NCBI GenBank assembly: GCA_964385615.1
Contig: CAYLPP010000001.1
Span: 38,220 to 101,184, forward strand
Direction of reading: 5' to 3'
DNA length: 62,965 nt
From: an uncultured bacterium
Lineage (GTDB): Bacteria > Omnitrophota > Omnitrophia > Omnitrophales > Aquincolibacteriaceae
Shown: positions 44,190-53,334 of the stretch, one piece after another
Position numbering within the stretch: the first letter of the stretch is position 1
Layout of the letters: every line of letters starts with the position of its first letter
Program-made: the position numbers and the translations under genes
The notes under the pieces: model-generated
Seen by the model: the letters and a program-made list of their open reading frames with translations, nothing else
Databases searched by the model: none
Told to the model about the DNA's origin: nothing

Positions 44190-44632
44190 GCTTCAAGCCT
44201 CCGCGCTGAAAAGATCTGGAACCTTTGATGAAATCGCCGGCGGATGCAGTCAAAACCTTCGCGGGGGTCGGAACCCAGCGCCCAGAAAAGCGCGGCGTAG
44301 GAATTGCGTTTTCTCCACGAAACACTCATAACGTACTGAACCACTTCGGCAGGGCTGCGATGCCCAAGCTGGAGAATTGCTTTTTTATGGAATTCGTTTA
44401 GAAGACTTTCGATACGGAGAGAGACGGGATTTTCAGAATGACAGCATTCGTGAATCAGGCACTGGGCCTGAAACTCAAGGTGAGACTCCGGTTTCTTCAA
44501 ATCAAGCTGGTGACCGTTTCCCTGAAGAATATTCACCAACTCCCGCCAGTCAAACGAAGCCGCGAGCGCGGCATCCAGCGACCAGCAGTCCACTTCCCAG
44601 ATTCTTTTACGGACCAGACAATCTGTAGCCAT
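44186..44632 (-). CDS. Hypothetical cytoplasmic protein (148 aa, Cys/His-containing)
   Basis: ORF translationally coupled to the hemP-like gene. Contains CLIHECCH. No family recognised. Confidence 0.5.
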   Translation of the reverse strand: MATDCLVRKRIWEVDCWSLDAALAASFDWRELVNILQGNGHQLDLKKPESHLEFQAQCLIHECCHSENPVSLRIESLLNEFHKKAILQLGHRSPAEVVQYVMSVSWRKRNSYAALFWALGSDPREGFDCIRRRFHQRFQIFSARRLEA

Positions 44633-44761
44633 GGCTAGCTCCTTTCCGTTTTAAGATTTTATCTGAATAAGAAGTTATCTAATTAGTACTTAATCTTATT
44701 AAGACTGAATCTTAATTAGAAGGCCCGGAAAGTCAACCCTTTTGTTTAAATAGCGGGAAAA

Positions 44762-45409
44762 TCAGGCTTTGGAGGAACGCTCCAAAATGCGGTCCTGAAC
44801 CAGAGCGGTATTGGCGGGAGTCAAGATCAAAGTAACCTGATGAGGATAAGACCGCTTAATGTAAGGGATGGCTGGAATTTCCAAAACGGCTTGATTGTTA
44901 ACAACCGGAAGAAGGAAAAGCCGGGAGCCTTTGCGGCCTCCAGAAGCAGTGTAGTTATATTGCACTTGGATTTTACCGTTACTCAAACCCTGAAAAATAT
45001 AACGATGGTCTTCATGCACCATCTTCCCTACCTTGCCCCGGTAATTACCGGCCCAATAGCGCTCGTAGGAATAATTGTCCGCGGAAAATTCGACCGGGAT
45101 CTTGGCGTGGGCCTTACCGCCGAAAAAAATCTGGTTAACCCGGGCTTCACCGGCTAAAACCCCACGGTTGTCGGAAGTTTTGAAAAAATTCAAAAAAATG
45201 ACTGTCGCGGAAATAACAAGGAGCACTGCCGCCCCGGCCAGAATTTTATTAAGAAAAGGAATTTCCTCCTCATAATCGGTATCCAGGGAATCTTTGAAAC
45301 TCAGCAGGTTAAGGCAACGCGGACACGCCGGCGGTTTTTGATAAGTTCCGCGGTAGACTTCTTCGTAGCCGCACCCCGAACAAATCAAAGTCTCTTTCTT
45401 ACTCATCAC
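44762..45409 (-). CDS. Zinc-ribbon (CxxC-x16-CxxC) single-pass membrane protein
   Basis: N-terminal CSGCGYEEVYRGTYQKPPACPRC, one TM helix (AAVLLVISATVIFLNFF) and a ~130-aa extracytoplasmic domain. Confidence 0.5.
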   Translation of the reverse strand: MMSKKETLICSGCGYEEVYRGTYQKPPACPRCLNLLSFKDSLDTDYEEEIPFLNKILAGAAVLLVISATVIFLNFFKTSDNRGVLAGEARVNQIFFGGKAHAKIPVEFSADNYSYERYWAGNYRGKVGKMVHEDHRYIFQGLSNGKIQVQYNYTASGGRKGSRLFLLPVVNNQAVLEIPAIPYIKRSYPHQVTLILTPANTALVQDRILERSSKA

Positions 45410-45930
45410 CCGTTTTCCTGCATTTCACGTTCCATGGCCTCACGCTGTTTGTACAGTTGCTGGCGTGCCCGCGCGGCTTCCGCCATAGCTTGATTCACTT
45501 GGTCTGTAGCTGAAAGCCCGGGGTTGTCTTTTTTTATTTTTTCCGCGATTCGGCTGGGTTCCAAAACCGCGTGGTCCCACTTCGCGCCAAGCGTGTCTTC
45601 CTTCCGGTGAGTAAACAACGGGTGTAATTCCTGATTCGCCTCATAATTTTTTTGGAGCATACTGACAAAGTCCGGAGGCAGTCCGGTTTTCATGGATTCT
45701 ATTTCAGATTTCCTGTAGGTCATCACCACGCCGTCAGTATTCAGCTTAATTTCACGTTCAGAATCTTCTTCGAGAATTCCCGTAAGAACACTCCCATTGA
45801 CCAGACGGACTTCGGATTTCTTGCTGGAATCTTCAAATTTGAAGTAATACGGCAGGTTTTCCGGGTAAACCCGGTAGCCGGACGCCCAGCCAACCCCCAA
45901 AACAAGTGCCAGAATCAGGATAATTTTCAT
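45406..45930 (-). CDS. Secreted hypothetical protein (174 aa)
   Basis: Signal peptide. Overlaps the downstream gene by 4 nt. Confidence 0.5.
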   Translation of the reverse strand: MKIILILALVLGVGWASGYRVYPENLPYYFKFEDSSKKSEVRLVNGSVLTGILEEDSEREIKLNTDGVVMTYRKSEIESMKTGLPPDFVSMLQKNYEANQELHPLFTHRKEDTLGAKWDHAVLEPSRIAEKIKKDNPGLSATDQVNQAMAEAARARQQLYKQREAMEREMQENG

Positions 45931-45962
45931 TATTTCCCCCTGAAGAAATATCGGCAGAAGGA

Positions 45963-46298
45963 CTAAAACTTTAGATTGGCGTCGCGGGCCAGGGAGTCTT
46001 TTTTGATTTCATACTCCGTCTGGGTAATCTCACCTTTGGCAAGCCGGCGTTCTTCCTGGCGAAGCTCTTCTGCTTCAGCGGGAGTCAGACCGGTCCGGGT
46101 AATTTTTTTGGGGACTTCCGGGATTTCCTTCTCAAGAGGTTTGATTTCGGGGATAGGATTGCCTTGTAATTCAGGCTTGGGGCCTTCAATCTCCATGGCC
46201 GGAGTCTTTTTTTCGGAAGAGCTTTCCGCATAAAGCGGTACCGCAAGCAGCAGAGACAGAACCAATGCGGATAAATACCTAAACAAGAAAGTTTTCAT
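45963..46298 (-). CDS. Secreted hypothetical protein (111 aa)
   Basis: Signal peptide LLLAVPLYAES. Charged, E/K/P-rich mature part. Confidence 0.45.
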   Translation of the reverse strand: MKTFLFRYLSALVLSLLLAVPLYAESSSEKKTPAMEIEGPKPELQGNPIPEIKPLEKEIPEVPKKITRTGLTPAEAEELRQEERRLAKGEITQTEYEIKKDSLARDANLKF

Positions 46299-46324
46299 AA
46301 AAAATCCTTTCTTAAAATTTAAGG

Positions 46325-47185
46325 CTACTTCCCGGCAGGCAGCAGCCTTTCAGGTGTGCGTTTCAGATCCCAGGTTAACCCAGCCAGAGAAAGCAGGTAG
46401 ATCACCCATTTACTGGGATCCCACTGATACCAAAGCCGGCCGTTGCGATAGTCGTTAGGAAACTTATGGTGAAAGCTGTGATAACCTTCTCCGTGAGTCA
46501 TAAAAGCACCCAGCCAGTGGTCTCTCGCGGATGCTGATTTATCGTAACTGTTGTCCCCGATCATATGCGCGTAGGAATTGATTAAGAAGGCGGAATTAAT
46601 CACCAAAAACATCCTGAGCGCGACCGAAACCAGAAAAACCCCAAGAGGCCGTCCAATGGCGAACCCAATCGCCATTGGGATCAGGATACTGCTTACAAAA
46701 GCCCAAAGATTGTAATACTTATGCTGATTACGGACCAAGGGATCATTGAAGAGATCCTTCACATTGTCCCGGTTCATGTAATGCTTGTAAAAAATGATCC
46801 AGCCCACGTGGCAGAACCAGAACCCTTTCAGGGAGTTATGCGGGTCAAGCTCCGTATCGGTAAACTGATGATGCTGACGGTGTTGAGATGACCACTTAAT
46901 GGCGGACTGCTCGTATGTAGCAGCACCGAAAAAAAGCAGAAAAAATTTAACGATAGGATTTGCTTTGTAAGTCGCGTGCGCGAAAAGGCGGTGGTACCCA
47001 ACGGTAATGGAAAGACCAGTCGCGAAATAATAAACCCAGAAAAGAATAATTTCAGTGCGGGTCAAATCATGTTTCCAGATATAGAAGACCGCCGCGACAC
47101 TCCCAAACGTCATGACTGTAAAAAGGACAAGGCCCACCCATCGGGTTCTTCGCACGGGCGGCTGATATCCTGCAGCATGAATCAT
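46325..47185 (-). CDS. Acyl-CoA (delta-9-type) fatty-acid desaturase
   Basis: Three histidine boxes (HRLFAH, HRQHHQF, HSFHHKFP) in a four-TM protein. Confidence 0.85.
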   Translation of the reverse strand: MIHAAGYQPPVRRTRWVGLVLFTVMTFGSVAAVFYIWKHDLTRTEIILFWVYYFATGLSITVGYHRLFAHATYKANPIVKFFLLFFGAATYEQSAIKWSSQHRQHHQFTDTELDPHNSLKGFWFCHVGWIIFYKHYMNRDNVKDLFNDPLVRNQHKYYNLWAFVSSILIPMAIGFAIGRPLGVFLVSVALRMFLVINSAFLINSYAHMIGDNSYDKSASARDHWLGAFMTHGEGYHSFHHKFPNDYRNGRLWYQWDPSKWVIYLLSLAGLTWDLKRTPERLLPAGK

Positions 47186-47265
47186 GATTTACCTTTCGGG
47201 GAAAACCCCAACAACAAAACAAATCCGGCAGATCCGGTTAACCGGACCTGCCGGAAAAATCAAAC

Positions 47266-47574
47266 CTAGGCCAGCGCGCTCTTTGAAGAGGCTTTTTCTT
47301 TTGCCTTTTCAGCGGCTTTTTCAGCGGCTTTCGCTTTTTTCCTGGCTTCTTTTTCAGCTTCCTTGGCTTTTTTCTTGGCTTCTTTTTCTGCTTCTTTGGC
47401 TTTTTTCTTAGCTTCTTTCTCAGTGTCCTTCGCGGCCTTTGAAGCACTGGCTTCGGCCTTTTTAGCATCCCATTTCAGCTTTGACTCTTCCTTTTTATCG
47501 GCAAACGCGGGGGTACTGGCCAAAAACGAAAATGCAACGAGTAATGCCAAAACAACCTTGGATTCTTTCTTCAC
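47266..47574 (-). CDS. Secreted K/A/E-rich repeat protein
   Basis: GTG start after AAGGAG. Signal peptide, then 11-aa units KEAKKKAKEAE x2.5 and related KA/EK tracts. Confidence 0.55.
   Translation of the reverse strand: MKKESKVVLALLVAFSFLASTPAFADKKEESKLKWDAKKAEASASKAAKDTEKEAKKKAKEAEKEAKKKAKEAEKEARKKAKAAEKAAEKAKEKASSKSALA
47344..47430 (-). repeat. 33-bp tandem repeat (~2.6 copies) inside the K/A/E-rich gene
   Basis: ggcttctttttcagcttccttggcttttttctt / ggcttctttttctgcttctttggcttttttctt / agcttctttctc..., read directly. Confidence 0.8.
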
Positions 47575-47732
47575 TTGAAGCTCCTTGTTAATGGAAAGCC
47601 TTCTAAGGCAGACATTGCCTTATCTGAAGGCTTATACGGCTGAGTTTATTGATTTACATGAAAACGCCGGAGATTGCAACCCTTTTGAGCCGGCATTCCA
47701 TGGTGATTTTGACGGATCTTGGAGAAGAAAAT

Positions 47733-48443
47733 TCAGCTTTTCTTCCCGGCGGAAGTAATCGCTTTAAGCTTCTCCGGGCTGACTTTACGCAGAGGGCAGT
47801 AAGTCTTTTTACCCCAGGTACGTTCCAGGTAGATTTTCCTGCCGGACCCCAGACTGTACATGAGGTACTGCGCGGAATTTTTTTTGTGATAATCCTGGTG
47901 ATATTCTTCCGCCTTTGTCCAATTCTGAAAAGGAAGAATATTCACGGCAATTGGACTTTTGAAAATCTTGCTCTCATCCAAAATCGCGCGGGACTCTTCC
48001 GCCACAGCTTTTTCCATTTCATCCTGATAAAAAATCGCCGTCAGGTACTGAGAACCTCTGTCCGCGAACTGCCCATCCTTCTGAGTCGGATCAATCGTCG
48101 TCCAGTAAACGTTCAGAAGGTCTTCAAAAGTGACTTTCGAAGGGTCATAAACCACTTCGATAGCTTCATAAGCGCCGGTCTTTCCTGTTGAAACCTGCTC
48201 GTACGTGGGATTCGCGGTCTTGGAATTCACATAACCTGAATCCACTCCGGTCACTCCAGGAACCTTCTCAAAAGGGCCTTCCATGCACCAGAAACATCCG
48301 CCCGCGAAATAAGCTTTTTTAAGTTCCGTCATTGAGGTTTCCTCCGCCCAAACCCGAGGGGCTGTGACCATCAGCAGAAACGCTAAAAAGATACCGCATC
48401 CTGTCTGAAGCCGTTTAAGTATTTTATCTTTTAATCTCATCAC
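47733..48443 (-). CDS. msrA: Exported peptide-methionine (S)-S-oxide reductase
   Basis: Signal peptide, then the AYFAGGCFWCMEGPFEKVPGV active-site motif. Confidence 0.9.
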   Translation of the reverse strand: MMRLKDKILKRLQTGCGIFLAFLLMVTAPRVWAEETSMTELKKAYFAGGCFWCMEGPFEKVPGVTGVDSGYVNSKTANPTYEQVSTGKTGAYEAIEVVYDPSKVTFEDLLNVYWTTIDPTQKDGQFADRGSQYLTAIFYQDEMEKAVAEESRAILDESKIFKSPIAVNILPFQNWTKAEEYHQDYHKKNSAQYLMYSLGSGRKIYLERTWGKKTYCPLRKVSPEKLKAITSAGKKS

Positions 48444-48477
48444 TTCCCTCTACGGCAATCCGGCGGATCCGGATGGG

Positions 48478-49500
48478 TCAATAACTGTGCTTTTCCAGGC
48501 GGACTTTCCCGCGGAAAATCCAGTAAATGCTGACAGTATACGCTATAACCATCGGCATGCCAACAAGGGCGATAACGAGCATTATTTGGAGGGTTTTAGG
48601 GCTAGAAGCTGCGTTATAGATATGGAGGCTGTTTTCCGGGTTTGGAGCGGAAAGAATCAAATTGGGATACATCGCCAAACCCGCTAAAGCCATCAAAAAA
48701 ACCATGGCTCCGCAGGAAGAAAGAAAAGCCTGAAAATCCCAGCCGTGCGCGATAGCCCGGGGGATATTGGCAATGCAGAAAACACCCGCGACCGGAACGA
48801 TAAAAAGAACCGGATGATCTTTAAAAGGCTGGGAAAGATTCGGCGCGTAAAGCAGTGCCGCGAGCGTAGCCACCGCGAATGTCATAATAAAAAAAATCAT
48901 GCACCTGCGTACCCAAACCCGGACACGGTCATGCAAACTGCCTTCCGTTTTCATGACCAGATAGATTGAACCGTGCATCATAAAGAGAGCCAAGGTCAAC
49001 ACGCCGACCAGCAGGCTGAAAGGATGAATCAAGGTCCAGAAATTGCCGGCAAATTCATGGTCGGCTGTCAACGGAACACCCCAGAGAATATTCCCGAAGG
49101 CCACCCCGATTAAGACGGAGCACAAAATGCTGGAAATACTGAAACTGAAATCCCACGCGGAGCGCCACCAGCCCATTTCCTGCTTACTGCGGAATTCAAT
49201 CGCGACCGCGCGGAAAATCAAACCCGCGAGAAGCATCATAAACGCGGTATAAAAACCCGAAAACGCGGTCGCGTAAACTTCGGGGAATGCCGCGAAAAGC
49301 GCGCCCCCGCCCGTCACCAGCCAAACTTCATTTCCGTCCCAAACCGGGCCGATAGAATTCAAAAGAATCCGGCGTTCTTCATCCTTGCGCACAAATAAAT
49401 GCAGAGCCCCGACACCCAGGTCAAAACCATCCAGCACCGCGTAGCCGGTCAGCAGAATCCCGACCAAAAGAAACCAGACTGTGTTCAAATCCCAGCTCAT
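48478..49500 (-). CDS. cydB: Cytochrome bd ubiquinol oxidase subunit II
   Basis: Polytopic protein. The N-terminus WF.L.G.LL.GYAVLDGFDLGVG is typical of CydB. Overlaps cydA by 4 nt. Confidence 0.9.
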   Translation of the reverse strand: MSWDLNTVWFLLVGILLTGYAVLDGFDLGVGALHLFVRKDEERRILLNSIGPVWDGNEVWLVTGGGALFAAFPEVYATAFSGFYTAFMMLLAGLIFRAVAIEFRSKQEMGWWRSAWDFSFSISSILCSVLIGVAFGNILWGVPLTADHEFAGNFWTLIHPFSLLVGVLTLALFMMHGSIYLVMKTEGSLHDRVRVWVRRCMIFFIMTFAVATLAALLYAPNLSQPFKDHPVLFIVPVAGVFCIANIPRAIAHGWDFQAFLSSCGAMVFLMALAGLAMYPNLILSAPNPENSLHIYNAASSPKTLQIMLVIALVGMPMVIAYTVSIYWIFRGKVRLEKHSY

Positions 49501-50852
49501 GCTCTTTGCCCTTTCAGCAGATCCCCTTCTTTTTCATGGGAATCCGGTCCGTGTTTGATTTTCTGATCCAGCAGATAAATGAACAGCACCAGCATCAGCA
49601 GATAAATCAGGGAAAACATGATAATCGAGGAAAGCACCTGCCCCGCGCTGACCACGCGGGAGACCGCGTCTTTGGTGCGCAGCAGTCCGTAAACAATCCA
49701 AGGCTGTCTTCCAATTTCAGCGCTGATCCAGCCCAGCTGATTGCCCATTTGCGGAAGCACAACCGCGATCACGAAAATTTTAAGAAGCCAGCGGGTTTTA
49801 AAAAGTGTACCCCGCATCCAAAGAAAACCTCCGGCAAAACTCAGTGCGATCAGCAGAAACCCGATCGCAACCATCGCATGGTAGGTTTGAAACACCGGCG
49901 CTACCGGCGGGCGGTCTGCCGGAGCGAAAGACTCCAGTCCCCGGACCGGAGCTTTAGGGTTTCCAGTCAAAAGCCAGCTGGTTCCGCCGGGAATCCGCAG
50001 CCCTTTAACTTCTCCGGCTTTTTCATCCACCCATCCAAAAAGGTAAAGATCGGCCGGCGCCTCAGCCTCAAAGTGGCCTTCAAAAGCCGCGATTTTCGCC
50101 GGCTGATATTTGGCCGCCGTTTCCGCGCTTTTATGTCCGGTCACCAGCTGAAGAATCGAGGCAACCATCGCCAGACCCAGCGCGATTTTCATGGAGGCTT
50201 TGGCGAATTCTTCATGTTTCTTTTTGAGAATATAAAAAGCGCTGATACTGATGACCAGCCAGGCGCCGGTCTGCCATGCCGCCAGCACCGTGTGGGTCAA
50301 GCGGTCCATCGAAGACGGATTAAAAACAAGCGCCCAGAAATCCGTGATTTCCGCGCGTTGTTTGCCGGCCTCGCCGACAATGTGATACCCGGCCGGCGTC
50401 TGCATCCAGGAATTGGCCACAATAATCCAGACCGCGCTGAACATGGAGCCGAGCGAAACCATACAGGTTGAAAGGAAATGAACTTTCGGGCCGACGCGAT
50501 TCCATCCGAAAAGGAGCACTGCCAGAAAACCGGACTCAAGAAAAAAAGCGAAAACACCTTCTGCGGCGAGCGCGCTGCCGAACACGTCCCCCACGTAGCG
50601 GGAATAATAAGACCAGTTGGTGCCGAACTGGAATTCCAGCACGATACCCGTCGCCACGCCCATTGAAAAAGTCAGACCGAACACACGCACCCAAAACTGA
50701 ACCATCTGCTCGTAAAGAGGATTGCGGGTTTTGAGGTAAACCGCTTCCATAGCGACCAGCAAAACACCCAGGCCGATACTGAAAGGCGGAAAGAGATAAT
50801 GAAAAGAAGAAGTCAGACCGAATTGAATCCGCGAAAGCATGACAAGATCCAT
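49497..50852 (-). CDS. cydA: Cytochrome bd ubiquinol oxidase subunit I
   Basis: [25 protein letters not shown]-terminus, Q-loop region and [12 protein letters not shown] motif. Confidence 0.9.
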   Translation of the reverse strand: MDLVMLSRIQFGLTSSFHYLFPPFSIGLGVLLVAMEAVYLKTRNPLYEQMVQFWVRVFGLTFSMGVATGIVLEFQFGTNWSYYSRYVGDVFGSALAAEGVFAFFLESGFLAVLLFGWNRVGPKVHFLSTCMVSLGSMFSAVWIIVANSWMQTPAGYHIVGEAGKQRAEITDFWALVFNPSSMDRLTHTVLAAWQTGAWLVISISAFYILKKKHEEFAKASMKIALGLAMVASILQLVTGHKSAETAAKYQPAKIAAFEGHFEAEAPADLYLFGWVDEKAGEVKGLRIPGGTSWLLTGNPKAPVRGLESFAPADRPPVAPVFQTYHAMVAIGFLLIALSFAGGFLWMRGTLFKTRWLLKIFVIAVVLPQMGNQLGWISAEIGRQPWIVYGLLRTKDAVSRVVSAGQVLSSIIMFSLIYLLMLVLFIYLLDQKIKHGPDSHEKEGDLLKGQRA

Positions 50853-50903
50853 ACAAGTCCCCCGTTTAAAGCGGTCATTCTAGCCGCGCGGGCGCGCGGA
50901 AGC

Positions 50904-50919
50904 TGTGACAAAAGTCACA
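50904..50919 (-). promoter_or_regulatory. Perfect CRP/FNR-family-type palindrome TGTGA-N6-TCACA upstream of cydAB
   Basis: TGTGACAAAAGTCACA read directly. Its centre is ~59 bp upstream of the cydA ATG. Confidence 0.45.
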
Positions 50920-50931
50920 CCTGAATCAAAA

Positions 50932-51915
50932 TCAGGAAGAAATCTGTTTTAAAAGCCGGATCAGTTCTGGATGCAGTTTTTTATTCGAAGCGGCAATTCC
51001 AAGATTATCGAAAAGTCTCAGCCCTTTGCCGAAATCCAGCGGTTTTCCCGATAAATCCGTAATCATTCCGCCCGCTTCTTCAAGAATCACGGAACCGGCC
51101 GCCTGATCCCATATCCACTCGCGGTAATCAGGCTTCTTGGGAGAAAGCAAACGCAGTAAAAATTCACTCCGCCCGTTAGCCACCATGACAATCTTGGCAA
51201 GACTGCTCATCTCAATCGGCTTTTTCTGATTGCCCGCTTCCTGAAGAAATTGATGAATTTTACTGAGGTCCGTATGCGCCTCGTCTTCCGAACAGCACAT
51301 CCGGGCTTCAGCGAGAGCTGAGCAATCTGAAACTTTCAAAGGTCTCTTGAAGGCATTTTCCGCCAGCCCCGACCAGAAAGCTCCCTGACCGCGCGACGCC
51401 CAAGCCAGCATCCCCGTGCCTTCCAGCGATTCATCTTTGAGTTTGGGACAGCCGAGCACGCCCATCGTAACTTTTCCGTTTTCAAGCAGGGCCAAAGCCA
51501 CCGCGTATTGCCCGCCCCGGATAAAACCTTTCGTTCCGTCAATCGGATCCAGCACCCAGGCCCGGCCGGTCTGGGGCATTCCGCCCTCGCCGACCCATTT
51601 AAAAATATCCGAATTCGACATGGAAGGAATAAACCCTGAAAGCGCGTCCTTAATATCTGCCAGAAGGGCTGAATGCTCCCCTTCTTTTAAAAGCGAAGCC
51701 CGTTCTTCACCGATCAAAGTGTCTTGGGGAAATTTTTTATGAAGTTCAGAACCGATCAAAGCCTGAATGGCGTAATCACCGATCGTCACCGGAGATTTAT
51801 CGGCCTTAGCCACGCCAGCGCCTTGAAACTTCAGGCGGACTTTCTCGCCCAGAGCGCAGGCTTTGCGGACAATTTCAATACCAAATTCGAGTTCTGAGGA
51901 AAGGGTGTGAGGCAT
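50932..51915 (-). CDS. 3'(2'),5'-bisphosphate nucleotidase (HAL2/SAL1-like inositol monophosphatase family)
   Basis: KADKSPVT.GDY, GEE, WVLDPIDGTKGF and IWDQAAG motifs. Confidence 0.75.
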   Translation of the reverse strand: MPHTLSSELEFGIEIVRKACALGEKVRLKFQGAGVAKADKSPVTIGDYAIQALIGSELHKKFPQDTLIGEERASLLKEGEHSALLADIKDALSGFIPSMSNSDIFKWVGEGGMPQTGRAWVLDPIDGTKGFIRGGQYAVALALLENGKVTMGVLGCPKLKDESLEGTGMLAWASRGQGAFWSGLAENAFKRPLKVSDCSALAEARMCCSEDEAHTDLSKIHQFLQEAGNQKKPIEMSSLAKIVMVANGRSEFLLRLLSPKKPDYREWIWDQAAGSVILEEAGGMITDLSGKPLDFGKGLRLFDNLGIAASNKKLHPELIRLLKQISS

Positions 51916-51955
51916 GAAAAATAATAGGCGCTTTTAGAGGATTTGTAAATCTGAA

Positions 51956-52525
51956 TCAGCCAGCGGCGGCATCTTCAAGAATTCTGCGGTAAGAACGATG
52001 CTCATGCAACGCCGAACCCAGTCCGAGTTTGCGGGCAATGCCGCGGATTGCGCCGGCCATAGCTTCAATTTCCACGAACCATCCGATCTTGGGCAGGTAG
52101 TCCAGATAAACTTTTCCTGCCGCGACTTTATACTCTTCCCGGTGCTTGCGGTAGACGGACATCATTCTGAAACCGAGAAGCACTAAAATCCGCTTTGCTT
52201 CCTCGTAAGAAACCGGAGTTTCGATCTCCACCCTTTTTTTGTAACGTCCTTTAAGCCGGGGCCCCTTGAAAGTCATCCAAGCCCGTGACTCGCCGTGATA
52301 GCGCAACCGAAGAATCTGTTTTTTCTTCCGCAAACGCTTGTTGTCATCGTAAAGCTCGTTGTGCTCCTGACCTGAAGCCAGAAGCTTGGCGCCCATTTTT
52401 TTTAAACTCCTCCGCACGGGGTGAATGTCCGTAACCCGGTATTTCTGCTCAACTTCCAGACTGGAAAAAGCCAAACGCTTGAGAAACTGCTTGGCCATAA
52501 ATTTTTCGAATTTCGCTTTTTTCAC
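51956..52525 (-). CDS. CYTH-domain protein (class IV adenylate cyclase / triphosphate tunnel metalloenzyme)
   Basis: EVEQKYRV N-terminal ExExK motif, alternating basic/acidic beta-strands and a terminal VEIE. The start may be the internal MAKQF. Confidence 0.65.
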   Translation of the reverse strand: MKKAKFEKFMAKQFLKRLAFSSLEVEQKYRVTDIHPVRRSLKKMGAKLLASGQEHNELYDDNKRLRKKKQILRLRYHGESRAWMTFKGPRLKGRYKKRVEIETPVSYEEAKRILVLLGFRMMSVYRKHREEYKVAAGKVYLDYLPKIGWFVEIEAMAGAIRGIARKLGLGSALHEHRSYRRILEDAAAG

Positions 52526-52647
52526 ACGCCGCCTTCCGTTAGCCGGAATTATAGGGCAGGTCCCGGCTGTCTCCGTGTAAAATTTAAGGAAATTCCCCTG
52601 TGATACTGCTCACTTGCTTCCAGGCGCTTTACCCCTATAATCCTTTC

Positions 52648-53322
52648 ATGAAAAACCTCCGGTTAATCACAGCCGCTTTTACATTTTTCTGGGTGCTCGC
52701 TTCCACGGCTTCCGCTTCACCCGTCCAAGATGAAGACACGGGGTTCTGGCTGTTGACCGACTTGGAACATAAACAGGGTCCGTGGAGTTTCCGGGCAGGC
52801 GAAGATACGCGGTTCCGGGAACACTCCGGCATTTATTATTACGACACCCATATCGGCGCGGGCCGTAAACTCACCTCTTATTTCACCGCCGGCGCGGAAT
52901 ACCTGCAGGTTCGGCAGACCAAATCTTCCGGCCGTAAAGAAGTCTGGTTCTGGGAAGAACGCCCGCGCGTTTACGGCACGCTTTCTGAAACTCTCAAAGG
53001 TTTTAAATTCGAAAACCGGCATATGATGGAGTTCCGTTTCAAGGAAGAAGCTGAAAACACGATGCGCTACCGCACCCAATTTTCCGGCACAGCCCCATGG
53101 AAGCTCACGCGCTTTGAGTTTCAGCCTTTTGCTTCCGCGGAGCTTTTCTTTGAAACTAACCGTAACGGCTTGATTGAAGTGCGGTATCTCGAAGGGTTTA
53201 AATTTCAGCTGACCAAACGGCTTGGCGGTTCTCTTTACTATATGCGTGAACCCACGAAAAATTCCCAGGCCAAATGGAAAGACTTGAATATTTTCGGGGC
53301 CTCAGTCAAAATCACGGTCTAA
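52648..53322 (+). CDS. DUF2490-like outer-membrane beta-barrel protein
   Basis: Start reset to MKNLRLITAAFTFFWVLASTASA (signal peptide). Alternating amphipathic strands with aromatic girdle residues. Confidence 0.5.
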   Translation: MKNLRLITAAFTFFWVLASTASASPVQDEDTGFWLLTDLEHKQGPWSFRAGEDTRFREHSGIYYYDTHIGAGRKLTSYFTAGAEYLQVRQTKSSGRKEVWFWEERPRVYGTLSETLKGFKFENRHMMEFRFKEEAENTMRYRTQFSGTAPWKLTRFEFQPFASAELFFETNRNGLIEVRYLEGFKFQLTKRLGGSLYYMREPTKNSQAKWKDLNIFGASVKITV

Positions 53323-53334
53323 CAAGAGGCTTTC

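Noticed and set aside
47184-47578. Three ORFs (75, 76 and 71 aa) overlapping the K/A/E-repeat gene in other frames or on the other strand.
   Set aside because: They are frame and strand echoes of the 33-bp repeat (poly-K/R or L/F/S-rich). Only the frame with a signal peptide and an AAGGAG RBS is credible.
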